Shown here one piece after another: positions 24,745 to 38,115 of a stretch of 64,000 nt of DNA (its first letter is position 1; each line of letters starts with the position of its first letter). A program made the position numbers and the translations under genes. Source of the DNA: Marsupella aquatica (taxonomy: Eukaryota; Plantae; Marchantiophyta); assembly GCA_973895155.1 (NCBI GenBank), contig OZ316897.1:17518457-17582456 (forward strand), written 5' to 3'. The notes below the pieces were generated by a model, which was not told the origin of the DNA, did not search any database, and saw only the letters and a list, made by a program, of their open reading frames with translations.

Positions 24745-27700
24745 GAGAAAGCGCAGCAGCAGCAGCAGCTACTAAAAAGCTCCAAGGCTCAAAAGGGAGC
24801 TTCGTGCTTTGATTTTAGACAGTCCACAAGCCAGTCGAGTCGGGTGGGTGAGTCCTCCCAGGGCAGCGAGGAGGACCCCGGCCCGCCACCCCTTCTGCCG
24901 GGCCGGGCTGAGAGGAGTGGAGAGGACGACGGGTCGAGGGAGGGGTTCAGCCACACGCTAGCCATGATTGGTCCGCCGACGCCCTTACTCTGTTATAACA
25001 TAGTGCCCCGAGGTGGGCCTCTTTGGGGCTCTTTGGGGCTTTCAGCTTTTAAAGTATACATGCCCCTTCCCCTCTTTTCCTTCCTTTCATTCGATTGCTT
25101 TGTCTTTGGGATCATGTCTCCTGGTTCCCGTGTTTTTTGCCCTTGGGCACCATGATATATAGTGTTTTTGCCCTTGGGCACAGTGATATATATAATATAC
25201 ATGCCTGATTACCAGTTCAAATGCTTGGGGCTCTTTGGGGCTTTCAGCTTTTAAATATACTAGCCTGATTACCCATGCTTTCAGCTTTTAACTATACTAG
25301 GTTCGTTACCCATTCTTTGAACCTAAATAAGGAAGAAGACAAAAGAATCTTAACAAGCAAAGATGCTTTTGTTCATTTTTGCCTCCATCCCTCTTTTTTT
25401 TCACCCTCACTTCTATTTTGTCTTTATTAAGAGTCACTCTTAGTTTTGTCCTTCTATTGAGTCCTTATTTTGAGTCAATGTCAGTTTTTATCATCTTTAC
25501 TCCCATCACTTTTTGGGGGTTCATCTTCACTTTTCAGTTTTGTCTGATTGAGTTACTGCCTAGAGGCATCACTCCAGGCAATAGCCCTTCAAAACAGCTT
25601 TGCATTGGGCCTTATTAGTAAGATTTGAGTTTTTTGTAAAGTGCCAGAAATGGGTTGAATTATCAGTTATTTTGACCCGGATTCAGGGTGAGTTAAGTTT
25701 CAAACCCAGTATGAATTGTTTCCTGTTCAAATAAGGGGTGAAATTTCATTCAAGCTTCCAAAAGTGGCTTGACCTTACGTCACCCAGAGTTTGCGTGTCC
25801 AACTTCAAGAACAAGCATGTTGCCATTAAGGCTTCAAGAATGAGAGTGCTGCCATAGAGGATTTGAGGACAAGAGTGCTGCCATAGAGACTTTGAGAACT
25901 ATATGTTCTGTGTGGCTCTGGATTTGTTTCTGATGATCTTTGTTCCATCACAGAAGCAACTGTGCAGAGCTGTCTTTACTAAATCCTTTACATTAATTTA
26001 CTTTGTGCGTTTCTTGTTTTGTTTTCTAGAAATTTTTATTTGAATATTTTTAGACAGTGCAAAATTTTCTGAGCAGAAGCTTGGAGCTTGCCTTGAATCA
26101 TTTTGTGCTGCTTCAATTCAGAAGCTGCTGTTGCTCGGTACTATCTATGTCGTCACTCAACTTGCAAGATGCAATGCTCAACCTCAGTTTTGGTCAGCTA
26201 ACAGGTCTCACGCTCACGAGAGGTGTTGGTTATGGTTTACTTTTGTCTGGGCTTAATTCACCTCACTTTTCGGTGTTTCACCCTGGCTCAGCATTTTAGT
26301 ATAATTCTATTCCATTAAAGATATTTCAATTTACACTATGACCACTGTTTTAATTGTATCTATAAACATGCTAGATTTTGGTATACATTTTTCTAGGGTT
26401 ATGTTGGTGAACTTGTCCTCTGTAAAAGAAACCATAGTATAGTTATAAATACAAAAACATTGTGACAATATTTTCAATTAAGATATCTTTAGTGGCAAAG
26501 GACTTTGTAATAAGGGACTCTCGGTTTTCTGGGGTCTACAATTTTCCTTGTTTTTTCTTTGTTTGCTGACATTGGTTTCCTTTCTCCTGCTTTTGGGATC
26601 CCATCTCGTGGCTTGGAGCTTTCTAGATTTTCTTTGTTTTTCCTTTGGTTTCTGGCCTTCATTGGGTTTTCCTTCCCCTGCCTTTCAATTGGAATCCTAT
26701 CCATGGCTTGGAGCTCTGTAGATTTTCCTTTGTTTTCTCGCCCACCTTACTGGGTTGTCGTCTCCTGCAGACAAGTTTTGTGGTCTCCCGAGCCTCACCT
26801 TGCCCACGCGCCATACCTGGCCTTGCCATGCCATGCCAGTGGCAATCTAATCTCCCATAATGATGAAGCTTTGAGACGCACTATTGGCCTTGTGTTAGGT
26901 TCTTAGAAGACCTTCTAGAGTCCCAGTGCAAAGAGCGTTTGAAATGGCCTTGTGTTAGAAGGCCTTCTACACTGACCAAGGACAAAGAGCACTCAAAACT
27001 GTTGAAGGCAAGATTCGAAACCTGGACCAACTTATTGGGCTGTCTTGTTGGCTGGTCCGGGCTGTCAGACCATTTCTGTGGTCTCCCGAGCCTTGCCCCG
27101 CTCCGACACACTCCTTGCCTTGCCTTGCCTTGCCTTGCCTTGGCACGCCGGTGGCGGTCAAATCACGGGGAAGGTATCAAGAGATTCGGATCTGAATCTG
27201 GTGGATATACGCCGCCGGGGAACTCGGGTCTCGGGACCTATCGCACGCCTCTAAATTTTTATTTTATGGGGGCAGAGCCAAAGAAGGTTCCCGTCCCGTG
27301 TGTCCGTAGGTCTTACGGTACCCATATTACACTAACCCCGTAGCGTGTCACCGTTACGGCATTACCGTGGTCTTTCCTTGTTGACTGACGGTTGTTGCTG
27401 CCGTCTTTGATTTCATCTCCGTATCCAAGAGTTACGGTGAAAGAAGCGATGGCGAAATCGCGGGTCAGCCACGGGACGGCTCCCGTAAGTGGACTGGGAG
27501 TGTCGGACTCCCACTTCCTCAAAGTCCCATGGCACTAGAGAGTCCGGTTTTGAACCTGAACAACGTTTCGAGTAGAAGTTCAAACGGGAACTATGATCCT
27601 GCAATATATAGGTTTTTCTGCTGCCAACCATGGCTTGGACCCCGGTTTGCACCAACTATTTCAGTTATGATTTCCATTTAGAAGTTGATGTTCACATGGA

Positions 27701-29169
27701 TTATATATTTGATTTGATCTAAGGAGTCCCCATGATGGGCCACCACTTTTGACAAAGAACTCAGATGACCCATTGCGGCAAGGATGGACAGTAATGGGAT
27801 GCTGTATTGAATTCAAATTGTAGCTTTCTTCCTTACAAATGAACAGTCTCAACAGTTGTTAGTTTCATCCAAAATGCATGAACAAACCTTGTGGTCTATC
27901 CGAGTATGAACTTCTTCAAGATGGAGCAAGTATTGTTTGGGACCAAAAAATATGAGGATTTTTTCACAAGACAGGTATCCATTGAATAAGAAATAAGGGT
28001 GTAGGACAGTCCATGTGAGATTTGGCAGTCTATCCGAGCCTCTTATCAAATATTATGACCTATGGGAGCTTTTGTGCCTTTCCATATAAGACTTATAAGG
28101 GCATCTCCAGCCACGCACTGTGAGACATGGCTACAGCACATTGTAGTGTGGGGACAAAACTGCCCTGAAGTCTAGCCCCAATGACTGGTGCTCTCTAGAC
28201 TTAAATTTGACCGGGAATTTAACATAAAGGCCCATGAGTGCATATAGCCGTTAGGCACCCAAAGCCTGTCCCCAAACACAACCACAAAGCCCTTTTATTT
28301 CATACCCAGGCCTTCTATTTGTCAAAGAAACTATTTTTTGTTGGGACACCCTGTCTTGTGCTTTTCAACTACAAAGACCCAGGTGCTGTGTTGAAGGGAG
28401 TCACTAAATAGATGATCATGCTTGGACCATGCAACAATGTAGCCTGTGAGACCCATTGATTTAGCAAGGGACCCTACTAGAAGGGAGAGAGGTTAACTCA
28501 CGGTCCCAAAGTGGACAACCAGGGGCGAGGAGATGACTAGGACTTTCCTTGTTACACAACTCTCAGGACACTCACATATACCCGCCATTTACCTTTAGTG
28601 TTGCCTTCGTGTCTAATTTACACCATAACACTGCAAAAAAGCAAAAATAGCAAAATCAGGACGTAAGATCCCAATGACAAGAGACCCAATGGAGGGGCGG
28701 AAACAAGGGAAACCTCAAATTTGTTTGAGGACCCCTTGGTTATGTAAGTTTGTTCTATTTGGAGCCATGAAGAGTTTCACATTGGAATAGATAGATGAGA
28801 GGACAAAGATAAAATGGAGGATTCTAAATGAAGTGAATTTTAAAGGTAATTAGGATAATTTCATTGAAGACAAATAGGAGTACATTCATGGTAATATCGA
28901 GGATAATTCTCCATGCAAACATTTTTCTTAGTACCTCTATGTCTATACAATACATCTAACATTCCATATATTTCATGCAAAATATTATTTTGTCCATAGT
29001 AGTTGGAAGGTCTTAGAGTCCTTGGGTAGTCCTCTACCTATAGTAGATATAGTGTTTCTTACCTTTGCTTGCTACTCCTTTATCCATAATAGCAAAGGGT
29101 TTCTTAAGTGACCTTGCTTAATGTTAAAGAATTTGAAAATTTTCTTAGGTTTTCTTATGTTACCTTGGT

Positions 29170-30947
29170 CAAAGAAGGACTTAACAGGACCCCTCTGGCA
29201 TCTCCTGGACTTAACAGGACTGCAAGATACCATCAGGACTTAATATATATAGGACCCCTGTGACTGCCCCTTGGGGGGGGGGGGGGGGGGGACCGGGTGG
29301 GTCACTTCCACGGAAGTGGCACATCATGTGCGACAAAGTATAAGCCCATTTAAATGGGTGTGGCGGAAGACTTCCAAAGTTTGGTGGAAGAACACATAGG
29401 GCATGTTTTATTGACTGGTCGACTTTAAAGAACACATAGGCCTATTTAATTATAAAAAATACTTTATTTAAAGTTTTTAGGGGTTTTTTAATAAAAAAAT
29501 GTCAAAATTTAAAGAAAGAAAGGATTTTGCAAAAAAATATTTTTCACTTATAAGTTAGGGGGTCAAACCCTAAAACGTCGCACGTGATGTATGACCCTCC
29601 ATATAGTGACCCCCCCATGACTGCCCACCATTGCCAAGATCTTGTTGGAGTGCACACAGTAAGTCACGGTTGGCTGTTGAGTGTGTGTTTCACAGTTCGT
29701 AGGCACACTATGTTCTAGCATAGACTTTAGGGGAGTCTTGAACAGGGCTGGGATAATTGGGATAGCCCAGAGTTCAACGCGGGAGGAGAGTTGATAGCTT
29801 ACTATTTTGAATGAGAAACCTTGGCAATCAATATCTTCAGTCTATTGAAGGAGGAAAACAGTGCATGAACATGTGTGGTCTTTGCTGGATCGTGGATGCT
29901 ACACTTCAATCATTGCATTGTGCTGGGGTGACTGAAGTGTTGGCGACCTCCAAGGTACCAGTTACTTATGGAATCATGAGTTTTGTTTACAGATTTAAGG
30001 GCTCTCTCTATACTGAAGGGTGCTTTCTTTATTCTGAAAATCCAGAACAGCTAGCCCAAGCTGATTGCCTACCTCTATTGATATTAGATCGCCCACTTAG
30101 AAGTGTGGAAAATTGTGAGTTAACAGGCCGGGAAGTGTTGTCCTTCTCGCGCGATAGCAGGAAATGGAGCTTTGCCATTGAACACAAATTGCCAAAATTT
30201 GCTTGCAATAGGGTGCGCCCTTTGTATTTCTATGGCGCCTTGAGTAATTGGTCTGAATTACTCAACGTAGCTTTCCCTCCGATGGTCCGCGATAACCGAT
30301 GATTCACATCTTTGGACAAAATTTCAGGTCGACATAATAAACCCCATGTGCGATTATCTTCAATTCATGAGCATTCGTCTAATGCCCCAAAAATGTCTCC
30401 TGATATTTGATTTGAGACTGAATGAATGAGCCAGAATCAAGATGTCACTAGCGCCTCCCGATAATTTTGTTGAGAGGAAACTCACTTTAAAGACTAGTTA
30501 CTTTTCCAGCTCAGTGGAGCTTTAGAAACTAGTTGACGATGATGGTCTTTGAAGACCTGTTCCAATTTACATCTTCAATCATGTCATCCCTGTGCATTGT
30601 TGATGCTTAAACTCCCTTTTCTTGCTCCCTTCCCCGACATTTGCTGTTCATGGTAGGTTTGAAACTGACTTGGCCTGCCACTTGCTGTTCATGCTTGCCT
30701 AAAATGCCTCTCCAAGAGCCTCAGATAAATCACTCCACTTAATCACCTCTACTCTCACTGGTCCCAATTGCGCTGTACTGCATGGTGACGTGATCTTCTT
30801 GTATGACAATGACTCATGATCTGACAAACACTCCATACGAACCTAGCAACGGTGTGCAATCGCAGGGGTCCTATTAAGTCCTGATGGCATCTTGCAGTCC
30901 TGTTAAGTCCAAGAGATGCCATAGGGGTCCTGTTAAGTCCTTCTTTG
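29170..30947. mobile_element. Non-autonomous Mutator-like element (MULE)
   Basis: TIRs of more than 100 bp starting CAAAGAAGGACTTAACAGGACCCCT (reverse complement at the right end); perfect 9-bp TSD TACCTTGGT at 29161-29169 and 30948-30956; no recognisable transposase. Confidence 0.9.
29270..29618. mobile_element. MITE nested in the left TIR of the MULE
   Basis: G-rich and C-rich termini with GGGTCACT / AGTGACCC; flanked by the direct repeat (T)GACTGCCC; homologous to 53295-53538 and 55071-55323. Confidence 0.8.
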
Positions 30948-33900
30948 TACCTTGGTAAATGTTAGAGTGGTTGAATCTTGAGTTTTTTTGTTACTTGTCA
31001 TTATTTAAAAAATATGTAAATTAAATAGAAAATTGAAACAGATTACCAGAAAACATTGATATATCAATCACAACTTATCCAAAGATTATTTTCTTTCACC
31101 CCTATTCTACTATTATTTTTGTTTACTTGAAATGTTATTTTTCAGTTTTCCATTGTTTTTACACTTGCAGGGTCTAACTACTTTTTGTTGCCCTTGCCTC
31201 AAACACGAATAATCATTTTTGGTTCTTATTGCATAACTAATTGTTCTTGTTTGTGACAAATCATGCTCATGTGATCCTCATGCATCCAGGAATTTTGGAA
31301 AGAACTTCCCATGGGGGTCCGTAAATAAGGTGAAGGAGCCAAAAAGTCCAAGAGCCCCGGTGAAGAACTAAAGCCCTACTCAGCCTAGTAAACTGAAAAC
31401 TGGTAAAGCTCCGGATTAAACCACATCCAAGGGTTCATAATTGGGAATTCCATAATTGTTCTGCGCCCAATAGACAATGTCAAGTATGACACACTGCCAC
31501 AAAACAAAAAGTAGCTTTACCGTGATGACGAGCGGCCCAACAAGGGGAAAACACCAGGAAGGAAACAACTGTGCAACGACCAAAGAGTCCCATAATCCCC
31601 TACACCTACAGAAGAACTAAAGTTCACTGAGTAGCAAACTGAATACCACAACTGCAAAATAACTAAACCCTGTGAGCAGCAAACTCAAATGGACCCACAA
31701 ATGCAAAAGAACTAACCCATGTGAGCAGCAAACTGAAAAAGAACCAAGAGTGCAAAAGAACTCGAGAGTGAAAAAGTTTTTTTTTTAAATTTTTTATTCG
31801 CCATGGGGCATCTGTTCCGTACGGACATCTCATCTCGGCGAGGCCAGCCGAGATGGGAGAAAAACATTTCGAGAATTTTTTTTCAAATTTTTTTTTTCAA
31901 ATTTTTGGTTTTTTTTGTTTCCGATCCATACTCCCATCTTAGAGAGGCCAGCTGAGATGAGAGAAAAAAAAATTCAAATATTTTTTTTGGGAAAATTTAG
32001 GGTTTTTTTCTTCCAATTTTTTTTGGTCCGTACGTCCATCTCGACGAGGTCAGCCGAGATTGAGTCAACCTCAGCTACCTAGTTGAGATGCACGGAGGTT
32101 GGAAGGCCCCATCTCAACTCGTCATTTGAGATTATGAATTTTTTTAAATAACTAATATCGAAGGCTGATATCAATTATCAATCAGTGATGATCTTGTGTA
32201 CCCCCAAAAATACAAACGAACTAAACCCTTGTGAGCAGCAAACTGAAAAAGAAGCATGGTTATGGTGAGCTTACCCTTGTCAGCAATCTGTCGTAGCTTT
32301 TCTTGCTGTCATGAACTTTTCAATGACGAATTCCTCCATAACGCCAGTTCCTCTCACAGACACTTTCTCAAGCACGTTGTGCACCACAGGAAGGAGTAGA
32401 AGACAATGAAAACCGAATTACGGCACAATCATGGCCGCGGCTAACAGGCGGAGACATTGAAAACTTGTAAGGAAAAGCAGATCGTGACAGCAAAATAAAG
32501 CCTGAAGACGACCACGAAAGACGCCGAAGACAAACAACAAAAATGGGGCCATGAAGGAAACGATTGTACAATGGAACTCCAAATGCAAAGCCGACGAGTG
32601 GAAGGAAAAGACGACTACAAACGCAAATAACGTGGCAAAGGAGCAGACGTCCGTAACGACAAAGAAATTTCATATTTATTCCAACGGAAGAAAAGAGAAC
32701 CAAAGCAAACTCCACTAGATTATAAATTGGCTCAACGAACATAAACGAGTGAAGAATTTCAAGTCAAGAATTGAGGAACTCAAACAAACACCAACTACTC
32801 AGAAATGTACAGCAGTATGCACAAATACAGCCACAATCGATAAGCACCCCAGGCAAAACAGCTTGATCAACACCGACTGGGCGGGTTTTCTTCTGTCGCA
32901 CAAAATACATACTTCACCAACTGCTCAGAGATCCGTGAGAAAAAGATGCTGGATGAGCATCAAAATCTCCATTGAGATGCAACAGCACAGATTTTGGTGT
33001 GTTCTCTTTCCGATTGCAGTAGACATAAGCAATCTTTGAGAGCTAATTGAAATGTGTATCAGCTGCAAATCTCTTCAAACCGAGGACCAAGCTCCATACT
33101 ATGACGAGGAATCTATGCTACCCATCTAGATACATTGTCCAGGAAACTGGGAGAAATGTGATCTGTGATCGATGGATGAAATTGCAAATCAGATGTGAAA
33201 GACGTTCAGTTTTGTCACTTGTGCACATGAAGTAACAGGTATCAGCAAATATAGCATGCTAATTTCCCGTCCCCAAGCCAGCTTGGAGAGCCCAATTTTC
33301 CAGTTTGCTGTGATTCCCCTCAGTATGAAAATTCGGCATGAGGGAGATGCCTCCCAAATACCTGTTCTTGCCTGTACCATTCGCTGTGCCAAGAATTTTA
33401 TCAAATAAAAATTATATCCTCTGGTTCTGGGTACACGAAAGAGTTCATCGGTCATGGAATGATGTAGGCTGAACTTACCCTAACAGCATTTCTTGGACCT
33501 TGTTAATGTTGGATGCAATAACGAAAGTGAAAGTAAAGGATGCACTTCAGACTCTCAAGATGAGAGAAGGATAGAGTTACAAATCATTATCTGCTGCTTG
33601 TGTTACTCCATCGATGAAGTGGCATGCTGGCGGGGTGGTCAATATGCCTAATGACAACTCCAGCGGCCAAACGCTGATCCATTGGGGTCCGGAATTGATG
33701 AATATGATTATCCCCTTCCTTCATCTTGAGAGTCTGAAGTTCATCTTTTAGTACATTGTCCTTATTTGCTTAAGATTGGACAGTGTATGTAGCCAAGCTT
33801 CAAAAGCATGTTTAGCAAAACTAACGTCTTCAACGTAGGAGTCTTCAAATCTTTTGGCAAATAAAGGTTAATAGATGGTACTACCCTGTTCATCAAGGCT

Positions 33901-36858
33901 GGTTTGGGCCGGGGATTGGCGCATTCGTTTCGGGGAAGTGTACCACTAGACTCATGAGAGAATCTGCAATCCAGATAAAAGTCATCCTAAACTCCAGACG
34001 TAATATGTCACATCTAACGTTGGAATATCCTCTGTTTTGAGTAGAGTACTTGTCTTCATTGCCAGAATTACTGAAAAATTTAGGCAGGATTTGACAAAGT
34101 CAACCAAATGTGCATGAAGTCTAAATGGAATTGAGAGAAAAATCTATGAGAATTTGAACAAAACAGAATTAGAGAAAAGCACGATCGTGCAAAACTGACC
34201 CCTGCAAGAGAATAGCAGCATATTCGTTCGCAATGATGATCAATGTGACCAAAATCCCAGAAATTGAATGAAATTGGGGCCAATTTGAACAACAGAGTGA
34301 AATTTCTTGAGAACTGAGAAATTCTCACCCAAACTACTAAACACGGGCTGGGAGGATAAAATGGAAGGCGTCCCCATCCACCAAATAAAGAAGGTTGAGG
34401 CGTCGCTCAATTTCTGATCCTCCTGAATGAGAGAAGAGCGATATCAAGGTGTGGGGATTCTGCGTCAAGTTGCTTTGATTTGCTGGAATTATTCGTGATG
34501 TACACTATGTGCATTCAACATCTACTGCAGATATTGTGCCTTTATCATGTGATGGAAAATTTGGAATGATGCCTTTTAAATTGTTGCAGAATTGAGGTAT
34601 CTAATAAGTGTCGGGTCATTGTCAATTCTATGCATTCAGCTCTCCAACACTCTGTTTCGTGCCCCTCAAAGCAAGTTTATGGAAGGGAGAGAAATCTGAC
34701 GAGAAAGATGAGTAGCCTCTTGACCTGAAAGGACAGCACAGAGATGCGGTAGAACAAATTCCTAGTAGCATTTTCGTCTATTTTCATTTTTCTCCTCTCA
34801 GTCTTACTCTCATGGTTCCGATTGAGGATTTGACAGAACGCACCAAGGTATTGTCAGAGCAGTTCTAAATTGATATCAAGTCTCCTGACTTGTACTTTTA
34901 TCTCCCACTACTTTCAACGACTTCTCGATTGAAAGACAAGATAGTGCATGCGGCCAAAAGATGGATATGTACTGAGAAGTATGTCATCGATCCCAACTGA
35001 AGATACAAACAAGAACGAACATCGTTCAAGCTTTGACATCTGTGAGACCTTCCAAACACTCGAGATAGATCTTACTGTATCAATAGCACAGATTAGATTT
35101 GCCTGTTGTAGCCCCTTGAAATGAATCTCTTTTCAAAACACATCAAAAGACATCAGGTCGGAGATTATGCAAGAGATCAATGAGAGTTGAATACGTGATT
35201 CTGTTTCGAGAATTCCCAGAGGACAATCCGAACGGAGGAGGTATAACAAAATATTTAGTGACTGGAATGAGTTGATGGCTTTCCTGAGAACATTGGAATA
35301 TGAGACAATCTCCTCGGTGTGCCTTGGTTGTGGAAAACGGAAGTCTTGGGTTCGAAAAGAAAATCAGAACAAATGAAGCAGAAACCTTGTACTCAGAAAG
35401 GCTGAACTTCTCCGTCCCAGCTCCAAATCCAAACTATGTGTGCAAGTCAATGTAATGCCTTAGAACTTGAGCAAAATATATAATGTAAGGAGAGCGATTG
35501 TGTATGTCTGCATCACATCTCGAACTACACAGCCCTTTCTACCGTGACAGGTCTAACATAACCAACATCCAACTTACTTCTCGTGGGGTGTAGAAGAAGC
35601 AGAAAACCTGGGTGTGCAAATAGCGCGAGAAATAAGAAAAGGACTCAAAAAGCTTATCATCATGTGCTAGGAGTCTCCACCGACCCTTATATAAGTCAAG
35701 AAATAGACGTCAGGATACAAGTAATGACGCTACAGCTGTACAAACGACTACTCTAAAAGTGGTTCTACTCCACGCAGGATGTGCGAAGCAGCCGGACCTT
35801 ATGATAGTCAGTGACTATGAGGGCCTGCAACAGAACATTGAGACAGCTTTACACACGCATCTCAGAATAGGGTGAGATGCAAGAACGCTGCTGCTCCAAG
35901 CAGCATGTGAATTAAGTACCTCGCAATTGGCACATCCGAAATGAATCACCGAGACAAAGGATAGTAAGGTCAAACTTAATATGTGATCGGGGTCGAAAAA
36001 GAAAAGCCCTACAGATGAGCCTTCATAGCCAACAACCTAAACAAACAGAAATCTCCCGACGCTTACTGGGCCTAAAAATGGACCTTACAAGGAGTAAAGA
36101 AACACGAGGAAACAAGGAGCCAACACATAAGAATAAGTCCGCAAGAAGTCGATTACTTGAGATCCAACTCCGCGTAGTGGTGTGAGGGTGCCCTCAGCAA
36201 GGTAGCTCCCGAAACCAAAGTTCTTAACGAAAGAAATCGAGGATAAACCTCCACATGAGAAGCAGACCGATTGAGCAAAATAATATATTGTGAACAAAGC
36301 ACATATGGTATCTCAATATACATGATGCACTGCAGTGTCAATCCACATAGTGTACTGCCATTTGACTATTGGCCGTGAGAGTACCCTCGAAATTTTAGTA
36401 TTGGATTGCCAGCATTCCTTTGTTTTATTGCCCCACTAGCCTCGACTACCATTCTTTGAAGGGAATACAATAAAAATGTCTCCAAAATATGTTCTTATTC
36501 ACATTCTTTGAAAGTCAATGAAACTACTAAAAAAAGCATCATGCATGTAATCATTTTAATAATCACATATAACATACAATACTCTTTTTTATGCACTTAT
36601 GTTATGGTGACCATAAAGCCCATTTTTTAATGTAAATAAAAACCATGACAAAAAGTATACATGTTTATCATTTGGAATATATCATGGTCATGAGTTTTTC
36701 CATCCATGTGATGAACCATGAAGTTACGGTCTAGAGGCTTCACTCTAGAAGCCTAGCTAGGCCCCAACTCTAGCTTTTAGTTGAGGTTTTATAAGTAAGA
36801 TGAATCTTCATTCATGACAAATCTTTTTTTTTTAAATTTGTGCACATTAGTTTAGAGA

Positions 36859-36993
36859 AACATCAAAATAACTCATACTCCAACAATTCACGCATACTAA
36901 TGCCATGGGGCTATCCTAAGTAGAGCAACATCAAAATAACTCATACTCCAACAATTCACTCACCTAATGCCATGAGGCTGTCCTAAGTAGAGC
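36859..36993. repeat. Tandem duplication, 2 x about 68 bp
   Basis: AACATCAAAATAACTCATACTCCAACAATTCAC...TCCTAAGTAGAGC occurs twice. Confidence 0.9.
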
Positions 36994-37724
36994 CAAATGT
37001 GACAAAGACACTAAATTACACATTTATGGAGCCCTTGGCCCAAGATACGTCATTGGGAAGTTGGGTTATCAGTAAAGCTATTACTACACTGGCTTATTTG
37101 ATGAGTCCTTTCAAGCATCTTGGCTTTCAAATGAGGTATGTCTTGTCAGAATTAAGTAGGCTTAATGCAGACCTTTTTGTTTTTTAAGTTTGCAGATTGT
37201 TAAAGTTGGGTTCTCCATGAAAGAGAATAACTTTTTTTCGATCTTTGTAGATTGCCAAAGTTATATTATCAATTGCAAGATGGTACTTTTGAGTTTGAGA
37301 TGACTTTTGCAAATAAAGTGTTGTTCTGTCTCTTTTGTCATTTAATGTAGGTTGCACTTATTGCACTTTTATTCTGTTACTATTCACATTTTTCTTGAAA
37401 TCATTATTTCCTCCTTTTCAACTTAAAAAGTCACATAGTGAGGGTTTCCACTCATTGCCCTTTCATTTGTTTCTATTCACTCTTTATGGAAATCCTTCTT
37501 TTCTACTTTCAGCACAAAAAACTGATTTTTTCAAGCTTTCACTAAGTTCATTGATTTTTGTTTGCTCTTTCATTGGTTCACTCGAGGCTCACTCAAAGAA
37601 TATTTAAAGTATGATTCGCTTTTGGGGGGATTCTAGATTAATTGTGTGGCATCACATCCATGGCACTAGAATATCTCAATATAGATGCAATGCAGTGTAT
37701 CAAGGGGATGAAGGCAGCCATGTC

Positions 37725-38115
37725 TTAAAACAAAAGAGATGTAGGATAACCCATGGCTGAGAGGGTGTTAGAGCACTCCCACTGAACATTGCAGGACCAG
37801 CCCGCCTGCCCATTTTTTGAACCCCTGCTATCCCCTGGTCTGCTCACCCCAACATAGGGCCCATGTAATTTCCTCCAGAGGTTGGCACCCGGGTTGGCAA
37901 TCCCCCGCTCCACAAGTGAGCTCTCCAAGGTTGATCAGCAACTGCGATCAGCCCTCCCACTTTCAGTTGAGCATTTTGGCAGCTGCTCCTGGTGAGTTCC
38001 CTCTATGCTTCAGCTTTTCTTGTGGCTTGGACCATGCCATTTTTAGTGATTGTGAAAGGCAAGACAGATGGAGAACTGTAAGTCCCAAGAAAATCCTGGA
38101 TGCACTGATCTCCTT
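37725..38115 (-). mobile_element. Possible degenerate LINE 3' fragment
   Basis: Minus-strand translation (LKMAWSKPQEKLKHRGNSPGAAAKMLN*KW) resembles L1 ORF2 C-termini, followed by a G-rich UTR-like tract; resemblance judged by eye only. Confidence 0.3.

Noticed and set aside
24589-25155. 188-aa plus-strand ORF divergent from the phosphate carrier
   Set aside because: Non-ATG start; runs across the 5' leader repeats and promoter; no domain.
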